A stretch of DNA of 64,000 nucleotides from Squalus acanthias (lineage: Eukaryota). The notes beneath the pieces are model-generated. The model was given only the letters and a program-made list of their open reading frames with translations, had not been told where the DNA came from and did no database searches. The translations under genes and the position numbers were made by a program. This document shows positions 39,124 to 52,700 of this stretch, piece by piece. The stretch lies in assembly GCA_030390025.1 (NCBI GenBank), contig CM059429.1, positions 138,260,001 through 138,324,000 on the forward strand, given 5' to 3'. How positions within the stretch are numbered: the first letter of the stretch is position 1; each line of letters begins with the position of its first letter.

Positions 39124-42100
39124 TAGGATATACGGCACAGAAACAGGCCATTCGGCCCAACCAGTCCATGCCGGCTTTTATGCTCCACACGAGCCTCCTC
39201 CCGTCTTTCCTCATGTAACTCTATCAGCATAACCCTCTATTCCCTTTTCCCTCATATGCTTGTCTGTCCTCCCCTTAAATGCAACTATACTATTCGCTTC
39301 AACCACTCCCTGTGGTAGTGAGTTCCACATTCTCACCACTCTTTGGGTAAAGAAATTTCTTCTGAATTCCCTATTGGATTTCTTGGTGACTATCTTATAT
39401 TGATGGCCTCTAGTTATGCTCTTCCCCACAAGTGGAAACATTCTCTCTCTATCCACTCTTATCAACATTTTTCATAATTTTAAAGACCTCTATTAGGTCA
39501 CCACTCAGCCTTCTTTTTCAAGAGAAAAGAGACCCAGCCTGTTCATCCTTTCCTGATATGTATACCCTCGCATTTCTGGTATCATCCTTGTAAATATTCT
39601 CTGCACCCTCTCCAGTGCCTCTATATCCTTTTTATAATATGGTGACCAGAATTGTACGCTGTACTCTAAGGGTGGTCTAACCAAGGTTCGATACAGGTTT
39701 AGCATAACTTCCCTACTTTTCAATTCTATACCTCTAGAAATAAACCCTAGTACTTGATTTGCTTTTTTTTTACGGCCTTGCTAACTTGTATCGCAACTTT
39801 TAGTGATTTGTGTATTTGTACTCAGATCCCTTTGTTTCTCTACCCCACCTAGACTCGCACCCTCCAAGTGATAAGTGAGCTCCCTATTCTTCCTACCAAA
39901 ATGTAATACCTCACATTTATCTATGTTGAATGTCATTTGCCAATTATATGCCCATTCTGCAAGTTTATTAATGTCCTCCTGTAATTTGTTGCAGTCCTCC
40001 TCAGTATTGACTATCCCCCTCCCCCAAATTTGGTGTCATCCGCAAATTTAGAAATTGTGTTTTTGATTCCAAAGTCTAAATCGTTAATATAAATTACGAA
40101 CAGCAGTGGTCCCAGCACTGATCCTTGTGGAACACCACTACCCACCTTCTGCCACTGAATAGCTACCCTTTACTCCTACTCTCTGCTTTCTGTCTTGAAG
40201 CCAGCTAACTATCCATTCTGCTACTTGTCCCTTGACTCTGCATTCTCTGACCTTGTTCATCAGTCTATTATGGGGTACCTTATTGAAGGCCTTTTCAAAA
40301 TCAAGATAAATTACATCTACTGCATTACCATTGTCTACTCTCTCTGTTACCTCTTCAAAAAATTCAATGAGGTTGGTCAAGCAAGACATTCCTTTTGAAA
40401 TCCATGCTGACGATTCATTATTATATTTTTGGTTTCTGGATGTTCTTCTATTTTCTCCTTTAGTAGGGATTCCATTATTGTTTCTACCACCTATAATTCC
40501 CTGGACATGTTCTATCCCCCTTCTTAAATATCGGTATTATGTTCGCTATCCGCCAGTCCTCTGGCACGACACCTTTTTCTAGCAAATTATTAAATATGCT
40601 AGTAATGCCTCTGCTATCTCTTCCCTAGATTATTTTAAAATGTGTGGATGCAATCCATCTGGACCAGAGGTTTGAGTTTGATTAGTTTATTTAATATATC
40701 CCCTCTTTAATTTTAAATGCACTTATCTAATTACTAATCTCATCATCCAATGTCATGTCCACCTCATGTTCTATCTCCCTGGTAAATACTGAAGCAAAAT
40801 AATTATTTAATATTTCTGCCATCTCTCTATCATTACCTGTGGTATTATCCTGTCTATCCCTTATTGGCCCTTTTCCCATCCCAACCTTCCTTTTTTTATT
40901 GATGTGTCTATAAAATATTTTACTATTTTGTTTTATGTTCCTTGATGATAATTTAATTTCATAGTTCTTCTTTGCCTCCCTAATTGTTTTTTGGACTTCT
41001 CTCCTAATCTCTTCGTATTCTCCCTTATCATGCACTCCCCTGCTGTGTATGTACTTAATGTGTGCCTCTTTCCTTACCCTCAATTGTTCCCTTATGGCTT
41101 TATTCATCCATGGAGTCTCATTATTGTTTAGTTTGTTCTTTCCTTTAAGCGGAATATATTTTTCCTGCATTCTGTTGAACACCGTTTTAAATGTTTACCA
41201 TTGCTGTTCTACATTGTTGTTTGCCAATATTGTTGCCAATTTTTTCCCCCAAGTTCTATTCTCAGCTCCTCAAAATCAGCTTTTCTCCAATCTATTACCC
41301 GGGTTTTCGTCATACTTATGTCCTTCTCAATTATCACCTTAAAGCATATTATATTATGGTCACTATTGCCTATATGTTCCCCTACTTTTACTTCTCTTAT
41401 CTGCTCTGGTTCATTCCCCATTACTAGATCCAATAGCGAATCCTCCCTTGTTGAGCTTTTTGCATATTGGGTTAGAAAGGAGTCCTGTACACATTGTAGG
41501 AACTCCATTCCCTTATCCCTTTTACCTACCTCTTCTGTCCAATTAATAGCAGGGTAGTTGAAATCCCCCATGATTATTATTCAATGTTTTTTACTCCTTT
41601 CCCTAATTTGTCTGTATATTTCTTCTTCCACTTCCCTTCCACTATTAGGTGGTCTGTAGACTATATGCCTATTAGTGTGATTGATCCTTTATTATCTTTT
41701 ATCTCTATCCATATGGATTTGATTTTTGTCTTGCTGATATCTGCATCACTTTTTTCTACTGCCATTATGTTATCCCTAATAAGTACAGCTACTCGACCTC
41801 CCCTTTTCCCTCCCTATCTTTTCTAAATATGTTATACCCTGCAATGTTTAATTCCCATTCCTGATTTTTCTGTTGCCATGTCTCAGTAATCCCTACTATG
41901 TCTGGTTCCTCACAACGCATAATTGCCTCCAGCTCCCCTGTTTTATTACGGACACTGTGCAGTACAGTTTAACTCATTTTTAATAGGATATCCTCTCACT
42001 TAATGTTAAACCATCTTTTTAGACTCCTGTTCTATAACTCTATTTATTCCCTTGCCATCAATGTCCTCCCTTTATTCTTTCCTATGCTCTCCTTTTCTTT

Positions 42101-43000
42101 CTTGTTTTGTTTTGTTTTGTTTTGTTTATATTTAGACTAGTTATGTTTCTTGTAGATCCCTCCCCCCATCTTACTAATTTAAAGCCTTTGCCACCTCCCT
42201 ATTTACCCTTTCTGCTAGGACCTTACCCTCAATTGTTCCCTTATGGCTTTATTCATCTATGGAGCCTCATTATTGTTTAGTTTGTTCTTTCCTTTAAGCG
42301 GAATATATTTTTCCTGCATTCTGTTGAACACATCCCGGTTCAGGTGGAACCTGTCCCATCGGTACAGCTCCTTCCTGTCCCAGAACTGGTGCCAGTGTCC
42401 AATGAAAATGAACCCCTCTTTCCCACACCAGCCCTTTAGCCACGTGTTAATTCTCCTGATCTGTCTGCTTCTATGCGAATTTGCACGTGGCTTGGGCAAT
42501 AATCAGAGATTCTGCTTTTTAATTTAGATCCTAACTCCTGATACTCTTTCAGCAGGACCTTCTCCCTGTTCCTACCTATGTCGTTTGTTCCAACATGGAC
42601 CATGACAACTGGATTTATCCCCTCCCTTTCCAAGTTCCTCTCCAGCCGCCGTGAGATATCCCTTACCCTGGCAACACACTCTTCGGGATTCTCATTCTTG
42701 GCTGCAGAGGACGCTATCTATCCCCCTAATTATAGCGTCCCCTATCACTACCACATTTCTATTCTGCTCTTCCCCCTCTTGAACAGCCTTCTGCGTCATG
42801 GTGCCTTGGTCTCCATTGTGGCTGTCCTCCCTGCAGTCTTTCTCCTTGTCCTCACAGGTAGCGAATACATTGTACCTGTTGGACAGGACCAGTGTCTGCG
42901 AGAGCTCCTTCTCACCCTCTCCTAAATCCCCACTACCCGTCTCCCTAACAGTCACACCCTCCCTTTCCTGAACCTGTGCTTTCCTCTGGGGTGTGACTGT
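39122..43000 (-). mobile_element. Long CR1 LINE (ORF1 SGNH esterase plus ORF2 APE/RT), inactivated
   Basis: ORF1 VVVIGDAIIRG and VHVGTNDIGR; ORF2 MGDFNYPAINW, SCLTNLIEFFEEV, VIYLDFEKAFNKVPH, RPPLEYSVQFWSP. Confidence 0.93.
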
Positions 43001-43260
43001 ATTGGACTCAAAGAACGGTTCAGATGCCTGGATAGGTAATAGGAGTCCCTTCAGTATGCTCCTCGCGTGGGATCACTGATTTTGATAGTCTGTTGTGCCT
43101 TGCAACATTTTGCAATCCAGAAAGGCAACCAATTTGTCATGCTAGAGGAAGATTGTGATGCAGATTGTTACACCATGGAGAGTGAATATCAGGCACAGGA
43201 AGAGGAAGCAGATGAACCAACAGCCAAAGCAACTGGAGAGGTGTGACTGTGGTTTATTCA
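43001..43260 (+). pseudogene. Harbinger transposase relic, downstream piece
   Basis: IGLKERFRCLDR**ESLQYAPRVGSLILIVCCALQHFAIQKG fits the HARBI1-type LKxRFRCLD...LQYxP...CCxLHN. Confidence 0.87.
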
Positions 43261-43489
43261 GGACTCCTTCACTGAAGCATAAAGCACTGTTTGTCAACAC
43301 ACACTTACAAAGAGAAGCTCTGTGCTGCTCAACCTGCCTTCATATTAATTCCATCCAAAACTCCTTGAATGTAGAAGTTAGTGGAGAACACAAACCCACT
43401 ACATTAGTAACAGTACAAAGTATAACATCATGTTTACTATTTTCCTAAAGTCAGAAAACAACAGCATGAATCATTGCCCAAACAGATGA

Positions 43490-45395
43490 AGTTATGTATA
43501 ATATTTATGATGACTCTTCACTGTGAAACCTCTGGTGAATTTCCCATTTTTCCACAGACCTCTTCGAACATTATATCTAAGTGCAACCTGAGGAACAGGG
43601 GTCTTGGGTGTGGATGGCACCTCAGGACGATCATGAGCCTCTTGGGACAAAGGTGGCCTTTCACTCAGGACTACTGAGTCCGCGATGGGCTGTGTATTAG
43701 ATATCGGCTCAGCCAGGGCCTGGTTCTGTTCTGACCTATTCACTTGTGAAGGATTCAGGGGGGGATTTTCTTGAGGTCTCTGTGGTGCTGCTGTCCTGAG
43801 GGAAAGCTCCTCATCAGTGTAATCTGCAGCTCTCCCACCTGAACTAAGAACAGAATACAGGTGCCCCATGACCTGCGGGAAAACAGACATGATCAAACCC
43901 TGAGAGCGATGCTACTGGTTATCCTGTAAGCCTTCTGTGATGCTGCTTTGGATAGTTCAGAATCCATTAGTCATTGCTATCTCCATATGGTCCCCAAGGT
44001 CTGAAGGCCAGTCATTAATCCTTCCACTTGGAAGACATTGACTGATCAGCATGCTAAATAATTTAGGGTCGAAGATGCAGATGTTGCTGGTGCTGCCACT
44101 CTCTCCAGCAAGCACTGCATTGAAGTAAAGCCCTTTCAGATAGTGCTATAGGGGATGGCATTGGGCCTCATTGCCTTGCCAATCAATGGCTGCATATCTG
44201 AGAAGCTGTGCAGTGCCCCCAAATGTGTCTGATGAGCAATCCTCTTTTCATGGCAGGATCCCTTGAGATCATCATCCACTTGCTTGGCAGTGACATTTCT
44301 TGGCCTCCATTCAGTAATATCAGTCTGTACTTCCATACATTCAGCATCTGGATTCCTTGTGCTCTGGGATTAACCCAGTGACATTTCCTCATCTATAGTA
44401 TTTTGCTGATTTCCAGTCACTTTATCTGGGCCGGTGAGATTGAAAGTGATGGGGTGGCCGAGAGCCTGAGGCCGCTGCCAGCTGTGGAAGGGCCTGGAAT
44501 TGCTTTCTCTACTGCTTCACTTGTTGCGTCTTTGCTTCGTGATTCTGAAGAAACAAAAGAAAAGCTTTTGTTACCAGATTTCTGCTGTCCCTTACTGCTA
44601 TCTTCATCGTCTTTCAGTTACAATTTCTGTTCATGCTCGCTTCTATTTCCATAATTAGCACCTCCAATATAATGATTCACAGCCTCCAGGTTTTCTAGCT
44701 CGAGAGGAGTTAATCCCAGGATAGCCATGACTTCTTCCTCTAATTGGGTCAATTGCTTGGTGTCTGAGAGACCTCCACCTGTGGCCTGCTGCTCTATGGC
44801 ATTGTGTGCCAACTTCTCCTGCAAGCGGAATTCATAAATGTGAAATAGCAGCAGCACTCTTTGATGCTTATCTCATTTGACTGTCAGTGTGTAGTGAAAT
44901 AGAAGGATGTATTTAGATGTTTGGACATCGGAGATGAGCTTCAAAGGGCTGGCACACATTGCAAGATGCGAGTGAATGTTAAATGGAGGGGTTTGTGACA
45001 GACAAGCTGACTCGTACATGGAACAATATGTGTTCCTTGAAACCCCAACGATGCTGAACCTCAACACTGAGCACAGAGAGTGACACATTTTCTCTGAGGG
45101 CATCAGCAAGCTGTCAGGGTTCTTAGTTGGCAGGTCACATTCACTTGCTGCCTTGGTGAGGTGATTACATTTCTTCCTATATTGTGGGGGCGGAGGGATG
45201 GTACTTGGTGTTAGGGAGTTGCTGTTGATTGCCTTGCCACCTGCTTCTGCATGACACAAGCTGCTGCATTGGCAAGTCTCTTGCCTCCTGAAGCAAGTTG
45301 CCATCCCGCTTCTGCCTTATTTCGGTCAGCACCACCTCCACATTGTAGTCTGCAAAGCTTGAAACCTTCTTCTTTGCTCTCTTGTCAGGTGCCAT
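43490..45395 (-). pseudogene. Decayed multi-exon Harbinger Myb/SANT-like partner gene, convergent with the transposase
   Basis: KKKVSSFADYNVEVVLTEIRQKR, AINSNSLTP...QYRKKCNHLTKAA, then ttgcag|EKLAHNAIEQQATGGG...LTQLEEEVMAILG. Confidence 0.75.
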
Positions 45396-46659
45396 CTTCG
45401 TCTCCCCTCCAGGAACCTAGTCCCTTTAACCATATGCAGACTTTTAAATCCTGCTCTGGGCCTGCTCCTGACCTTGTTTCACCCTCCCCTGCACCTCCAC
45501 CGTACTCCCCCAATCCCACCCCACCCTGGGTTTTCAAGGCCTCCTGGTTACTGTCCTGTTTTTGGCAAGACTCTCACCCTTATCCTACTGACCCTGGGAC
45601 CTCTGACAAGGTCAACATTCGGTGGTACGAGCAGCAGATGTCCCGCCCCACTGCACTTCCACCAGCGGAGCAGGGCCAACCACATTTCAGGCCCTGTGTC
45701 TTCTTGAGTTGTGTCTAGAGAGACCATTTTTTTGCTATGTAGGGTAAAGAACTTGTAATTACTGTCACTGGTATTAGTTGTTGGAACAATTTGAGGTAGT
45801 GAATTTAGTATCATGCAAAAAAGTATAACATAACTAAAGCCTCTTGCCTTAAATGCAATATTTCTTATAACATATTAGTATCAATAAATGAAATAATCCC
45901 AGTGACAACTCTGGCATCCTAGGACCTTGAGTTTTATTAAACAATCATGCCTATCATAGAGTTTCAAGACAGTTTAAAAAATCCAATCAGATGTATTTGG
46001 TACAGATGGCGATAATGGCCCCAAATTCACCTCGGGATGGGTAATTTCTGCAAGAGTCCAGCAGAAGTAACCAAAATACAGCAGGGACTCAGTTGTGCCA
46101 GGTCCTTGCTAATTGTGGGATTTCCCAGTTGGCCTTGTTAGGGACAGAACTTCCCCTGTCCCTTACAAGGCCAATGATGTCAGTCCCTTCGCGAGGAGAT
46201 CCTACTTCCCTGGCGCAGCAAGGACGTGGTGAATTACTGGAGACCGGTACACTTGAGTGAGATGAGGCATACTGGACCCCAGATAGGCACAAGTGTGGCT
46301 GTACTTGGGGGAGGAGCATCCATGCAAGTAGAGCAGCCTGAATCTCTGAAGACAGGGTAAGGTTGTTTTCTGTTTTTTAAATTGGATCAGTCCCGTTGCA
46401 CAGGGGGTCAAGGGGAGCATTATTGAGTCTTGGGGGTGGTGGGGGGAGAAAGCGCCTGGGCAGTGGTGAGTAGGAGTCTGATTTCCAGCTGGATTGGACA
46501 AGTAGGTACCAGAGCTGTACCTGTAGTGGGTTTAGATGTCATTCCATTGATTCTGCAAACTCCAATGGGGTCAGCACTGGAGGGCATCGGAATAATTAGA
46601 ATTATATATATATATATAGAACTGATGCCCATCCTGTCAAGAAAGCGTTTGAGTCACGC

Positions 46660-47060
46660 CTTAGAGCACGGAAATTTAAGGGGAAATTTGATAGAGGTGT
46701 TCAAAATCATGAAGGGTTTTGATAGATTAAATAAGGAGCAACGGTTTCCAGTGGCAGAAGGGTCGGTAACCAGAGGACACAGAATTAAGGTAATTGGCAA
46801 AAGAACCAGAGGTGAGATGAGGAGAATTTTTTTACGCCACGAGTTGTTGTGATCTGGAATGCACTGCCTGATAGGGCGGTGGAAGCAGATTAAAAAATAA
46901 CTTTCAAAAGGGAATTGGATAAATACTTGAAGGGGAAAAATTTGCAGGGCTATGGGGAAAGGGAAGGGGAGTGGGACTATTATCAGCTCTTTCAAAGAGT
47001 CAGCACAGGCATGAATAGGTTGAATGGCCTCCTCCTGTGCTGTATCATTCTATGATTCTC
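46660..47060 (+). mobile_element. CR1 LINE 3' fragment
   Basis: LRGNLIEVFKIMKG...TRGH; attctatg tail. Confidence 0.85.
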
Positions 47061-47805
47061 GGCCTGGGGCTTGGAATTTTGAGAATACTGCTGGGCCCCA
47101 GTGATCCTTAACTCTCTGTGCAGTTGGACTTTGGATAACAAAATGTTCTGGAAAGCTACTATGGAGGTATGGAAGTTAATGCTTGTTTTTTAGACTTGGG
47201 CATTGGAGTTGCAGCATGGGATATGAGTGCACGAATGCTTAATGAATTTGTCTGAAATTCCTCTCTCTCTAATTTTAGAAAATATGTTAATGCCTCTGCT
47301 AATAGAGTTTCAGACCAATGCATTCACAGGTTAATATCCACACTGTAATTCTACAACTTGAAAAACAAAATGAGCCAAATGCTACTGCTGAAGCAGCTCT
47401 GAGTTGGTTTTCCTCGTGGGTAATGCAAACCTTCATCTCTTCCCTATTTTCCATATGTTTTTCTCACTCGCCTTTGATATTCAGCTGCAACACTGCTTTA
47501 ACCCTAAAGGACTGTATTAAACTGTGAACATCTCCACGGTGAGGATCAATGGTGCCTTATAACCAGCCTCCAGGGGGTTCAGGATTAAGCATATTTTAGA
47601 GTTAAGTGAGACAGGCAGTTCCTGCTTGTTCTCCCCCCAAATCTGCAAAGAGTACCAGCATTGCCCATCCAAGAAATTAACAACCTTTATCCAGTTTCTC
47701 AAATGATTGGGTGTCAACCTCTCAACTACTCTTAAATGAACTTAACTGTTTTAAATACATTTTTGTGGTGTCTGCCCCTATTGATCATTTTTGTCTCTCT
47801 TACAG

Positions 47806-48213
47806 TCATTCCAGACACGCTCAGTGCAACATCAGTACCCCAGACCCTGAATAAAGTCGAAGGTGACTCCCTGGAACTGGTCTGTGAAGTATCCAAACAA
47901 ACCTCACAGCACACGCACGTGGCTGTCTCATGGTACCTCCAGAAGGGAGATCAGAATCTCAAGGTCATCTCGCTAACACGAGATTTCATCCTACGTCCTG
48001 GAGAGTCATATAAGCAGAGACAGGCATCAGGAGATGTGCGGCTGGACAAGATTGGAGCCACTTCATTCAAACTAACCATCTACAAACTGCAGGCGTTTGA
48101 TCAGGGGGAGTTTTACTGTGAGGCTAGAGAGTGGATCCAAGACCCAGACAGGTCTTGGTACACCATAGCTACCAAGCGTACCGACAAAACAACTGTGAAT
48201 ATAAAAGCTACTG
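47806..48213 (+). CDS. IGSF3: IGSF3 coding exon, Ig-V domain 2 with the EWI motif
   Basis: ctctcttacag acceptor, G|gtaagg donor. VIPDTLSAT...LELVCEV...DQGEFYCEAREWIQDPD. Splices in frame to the previous exon. 408 nt. Confidence 0.94.
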
Positions 48214-48575
48214 GTAAGGCACTGACTTATAGTGGTTATCATTCAAAAGCAGTGAACAAAATCAGCATAGCCCATTATATGAATAAGCAGAGAATAATGT
48301 GTTGTTGGCATATAATAATCGAAGATGTGAAAATGGTAACACTAAAAGGGTCATAGTCAGAGTTCCAGAGCAACAAAGGATGGTTATGCCTGGTGATCTC
48401 CCAGCTGGTTCATTCTGAAAGTCAGGCCATGTCAGCCGTTGATGTTAAGTAGAGGCCATATAAGTGTGGGTCTGGGGAGGAAATATTGGAGGATGAGCGA
48501 TGCTCAGCTACTTAGACAAACCTTCTCGTGTCCGCTTGGTTTAGTTGGTAGCATTCTTGCCTATTTGGCAACCCT

Positions 48576-48610
48576 GTTCTGACGAAAGGTCTTCGACCTG
48601 AAACGTTAAC
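48576..48610 (+). ncRNA. Minimal hammerhead motif heading a second Penelope-derived short repeat (48576-48680)
   Basis: gtt-CTGACGA-a-aggtc-ttc-gacct-GAAA-CG-TT-aac; palindromic stem III ACGT. Confidence 0.75.
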
Positions 48611-48829
48611 TCTGTTTCTCTCTCCACGGATGCTGCCTGGCCTGCTGAGTTTTTCCAGCGTTTTCTGTTGTTATTTTGATGTACTTTACTATTGTGAGGC
48701 ACTCCATTTAGCAGCTCCGGGAAAATGATGAACTCCTCACTGTGGGGAGCATTACTATTCCTTATTGCTGGTTCGTGTGCATGTATGGACACCACATGGT
48801 GACCGACTCGAGTAGCCTGTTGAGAAGAA

Positions 48830-48966
48830 AACAAAAGCAAAATATTTTGGATGCTGTAAATCTGAAATAAAAACAGAAAATGCTGGAAACACTCAGCAGG
48901 TCAGACAGCGTCTGTGGAGAGAGAAAGAGTTAACATTTCAGGTCGATGACCTTTCATCAAAACTCT
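48830..48966 (-). repeat. Inverted copy of the same Penelope-derived short repeat, hammerhead core mutated
   Basis: Minus strand agagtt-TTGATGA-a-aggtc-atc-gacct-GAAA-TG-TT-aactct. Confidence 0.75.
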
Positions 48967-49234
48967 GAGTTGACACTCACTACCTGGGCTTATTCAGGAA
49001 GAATGACCTCCTCAATTATACACCAACGAGCACATGACATATCCCAGCCAGAGTCAGAAATTTTAGGAGTGAGGCGAAGAAACTTTGAAGTCTGGGAGGA
49101 CAAACTGCAATAGGCAGATATGGGTAACAGTCTCAGACAGTCCTAGGACTTGAATTATGAGCTTTTAGTTGTAATTCTTTACTGCTGGATTCCCAAGCTC
49201 TAATCTTTATCTTCATGTCCATGTTCTGTTACAG

Positions 49235-49624
49235 ATAAGAACTTCAGTGTTCAATTGGAGAATGAAAGGAGAGTTTTCACAGCTGGAGATACCATGGAGT
49301 TAAGATGTGTCATTGAAGCTCAAAATATACAGGACCGATATTTCTCTGTGTTGTGGATTTTTAATGGCACACAGATTGCCAACATTGGCCGTAATGCTGT
49401 ACCAACAGTCAATGTTGAATACACAACCAGAGAGCGTCTGGGATATGTAAGGTTTGCAAAGGAGACTGATACAACGTCCCTGCTGAAAATCTACCATGTT
49501 CAACTGGAGGACAGCGGCAAATATCATTGTCGGGCCACTGAGCATGAGAAAACAGTGACGGGAGAATTCATTGCCAGAGACACTAACAAATCTACTAAAG
49601 TTTTGATCAGTGTCCAGCCTGTCA
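49235..49624 (+). CDS. IGSF3: IGSF3 coding exon, Ig-V domain 3
   Basis: ctgttacag acceptor, A|gtaagt donor. DKNFSVQLE...RCVIEAQNIQDRYFSVLW...EDSGKYHCRATEHEKTVTGEFI. 390 nt. Confidence 0.94.
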
Positions 49625-49742
49625 GTAAGTAACTGTCTAAAAATGTTATTGGCCCTTTAAGAATTAACAATATATAATCTTTTGGTAGCTAGGAATAACT
49701 GCAGAGCAATTCCAGAATCCTTTGTGCGACCTTTCGAACAGA

Positions 49743-52700
49743 CTTCACACTGAGGACACCCTCCATCGTGTTGTGTGGCACTACCACCGTGCCAAATGGG
49801 ATAGATTCAGAACAGATCTAGCAGCTCAAAATTGGGCATCCATGAGGCGCTGTGGGCCATCAGCAGCAGCAGAATTGTATTCCACCACAATCTGTAACCT
49901 CATGGCCCGGCATATCCCTCACTCTGCCATTACCATCAAGCCAGGGGACCAACCCTGGTTCAATGAGGAGTGTAGAAGAGCATGCAAGGAGCAGCGGTGT
50001 CAACCTGGGGAAGCTGCAACACAGGACTAGATGCATGCTAAAAAGCGGAAGTAGCATGCTATAGACAGAGCTAAGTGATCCCACAATCAACGGATCAGAT
50101 CAAAGCTCTGCAGTCCTGCCACATCCAGTCGTAAATGGTGGTGGACCATTAAACAACTAATGGGAGGATGAGGCTCCATGAATATCCCCATCCTCAATGA
50201 TGGTGGAGCCCAACACGTGAGTGCAAAAGACAAAGCTGAAGCATTTGCAACCATCTTCAGCCAGGAGTGCCGAGTGGATGATCCATATCGGCCTCTTCCT
50301 GAGGTCCCCACCACCACAGAAGCCAGTCTTCAGCCAATTCGATTCACTCCACGTGATATCAAGAAATGGCTGAGCGCACTGGATACAGCAAAGGCTGTGG
50401 GCCCCAACAACATCCTGGCTATCGTGCTGAAGACTTGTGCTCCAGAACTAGCCGCGCCTCTAGCCAAGCTGTTCCAGTACAGCTATAACACTGGCATCTA
50501 TCCGACAATGTGGAAAACGGCCCAGGTATGTCCTGTCCACAAAAAGCATGACAAATCCAATCCGGCCAATTACCGCCCCATCAGTCTACTCTCAATCATC
50601 AACAAAGTGATGGAAGGTGTCGTCGCCAGTGCTATCAAGCAGCACTTACTCACCAATAACCTGCTCACTGATGCCCAGTTTGGGTTCCGCTAGGACCACT
50701 CGGCTCCCGACCTCATTACAGCCTTGGTCCAAACATGGACAGAAGAGCTGAATTCCAGAGGTGAGGTGAGAGTGACTGCCCTTGACATCAAGGCAGCATT
50801 TGACCGAGTGTGGCATCAAGGAGCCCTAGTAAAACTGAAGTCAATGGGAATCGGGGGGAGAAGTCTCCACTGGCTGGAGTCATATCTAGCACAAAGGAAG
50901 ATGGTTGTGGTGGTTGGAGGTCAATCATCACAGCCCCAGGACATTGCTGCAGGAGTTCCTCAGGGCAGTGTCCTAGGCCCAACCATCTTCAGCTGCTTAA
51001 TTAATGACCTTCCCTCCATCATAAGGTCAGAAGTGGGGAGGTTTGCTGATGACTGCACAGTGTTCAGTGCCATTCGCACCTCCTCAGATAATGAAGCAAT
51101 CCATGCCCGCATGCAGCAAGACCTGGCCGACATTCAGGTTTGGGTTGATAAGTGGCAAATAACATTCGCGCCACAGAGGTGCCAGGCAATGACTATCTCC
51201 AACAAGCGAGCGTCTAACCACCGCCCCTTGACATTCAACAGCATTACCATCGCCGATTCCCCCACCATCAATATCCTGGGGGATCACCATTGACCAGAAA
51301 CTTAACTAGACCAGCCACATAAATACTGTGGCAACAAAAGCTGGTCAGAGGCTGGGTATTCTGCGGCGAGTGTCTCACCTCCTGACTCCCCAAAGCCTTT
51401 CCACCATCTACAAGGCACAAGTAAGGAGTATGATGGAATACTCTCCACTTGCCTGGATGAGTGCAGCTCCAACAACACTCAAGAAGCTCGACACCATCCA
51501 AGACAAAGCAGCTCGCTTGATTGGCATCCCATCCGCCACCTTAAACATTCAGGGGGAAAAATTCGGTTGGGGTGCTAACGGGGCGCAAAGCAACTAGCGC
51601 CCGGGCGCGGCGATGTTTGCGCCGCTTGCGAAATTGACCAGACATTTTGCGGCGGCGCTAAACACTACCGCCATGATCTCCTGCGCCTGCAGATCGTGCC
51701 ATCAATTGAGCATGCAGCGCCCCGGACCGGATATTGAGTGGCGCCCCCTCCCTTTCCGCCTGCTGCTAGCAATGACCGGTAGAGCGGGACTGGGGGAGCG
51801 CTTTTTAAAGGCGGCTGCTTCCTGCCTTTTTTTGTCGGCGACATTTTTGCACCACGCATTCTGAGAGAGAGAGAGAGACTTCTGGAGAGATTCAACGCTT
51901 TGCGAAGGAGTTTTGGGTACTGAGCAGCACTTTGCAGGTTCATTTTGATTTGATCTTCCTTGCATCGATTTAGAAGAGTCTATGGGGGCTGCACTCTGAG
52001 CTCTTTCCCTGGGCCTCTCCATTGTTCTTTCCAGCAGAATTGATGTACAGGTCTCTCCAGGCCGAGATTCAAGGCTGCAATGAGCAGGGTGTGGATGGAG
52101 AGCAAGATTGATCCTCCCCTTTAAGAACTGGCCAGCGCCAGTGTGTTTGTGTTCCATTGCTAACTGACATCACATGAGCTTCGCCAGCGCTCTGAGGTAG
52201 CACCTTGCTCCTCGGCGTTAGCGCCTTAAGACAGGTGTGCAGCGCCTGATTTAGCACTGCAATCACCTCCAGGGGCGATAGAAGCCAAGTTTGCAGTCGG
52301 AGGCGATAATTAGCGCCAGGCGCTAAACTTTGCGCCCAGCCGATAATTGCGCCCCAAACGGGGCGATACCGAATTTCTCCCCCTCAATCCCTCCACCACC
52401 GGCATACCGTGGCTGCAGTGTGTACCATCTACAAGATGCACTGCAGCAACTCACCAAGGCTTCTCCGGCAGCATCTCCCAAACCCGCGACCTCTACCACC
52501 TAGAAGGACAAGGGCAGCAGGCGCATGGGAACACCACCACCTCCAAGTTCCCCTTCAAGTCACACACCATCCTGACTTGGAAATATATCGCTGTTACTTC
52601 ATCGTCACTGGATGAAAATCCTGGAACTCCCTCCCTAACAGCACTCTGGGAGTACCTTCACCACACGGACTGCAGTGGTTCAAGAAGGTGGCTCACCACC

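Noticed and set aside
39001-45395. Functional domesticated HARBI1/NAIF1 genes
   Set aside because: In-frame stops, frameshifts and a CR1 insertion in the catalytic region.
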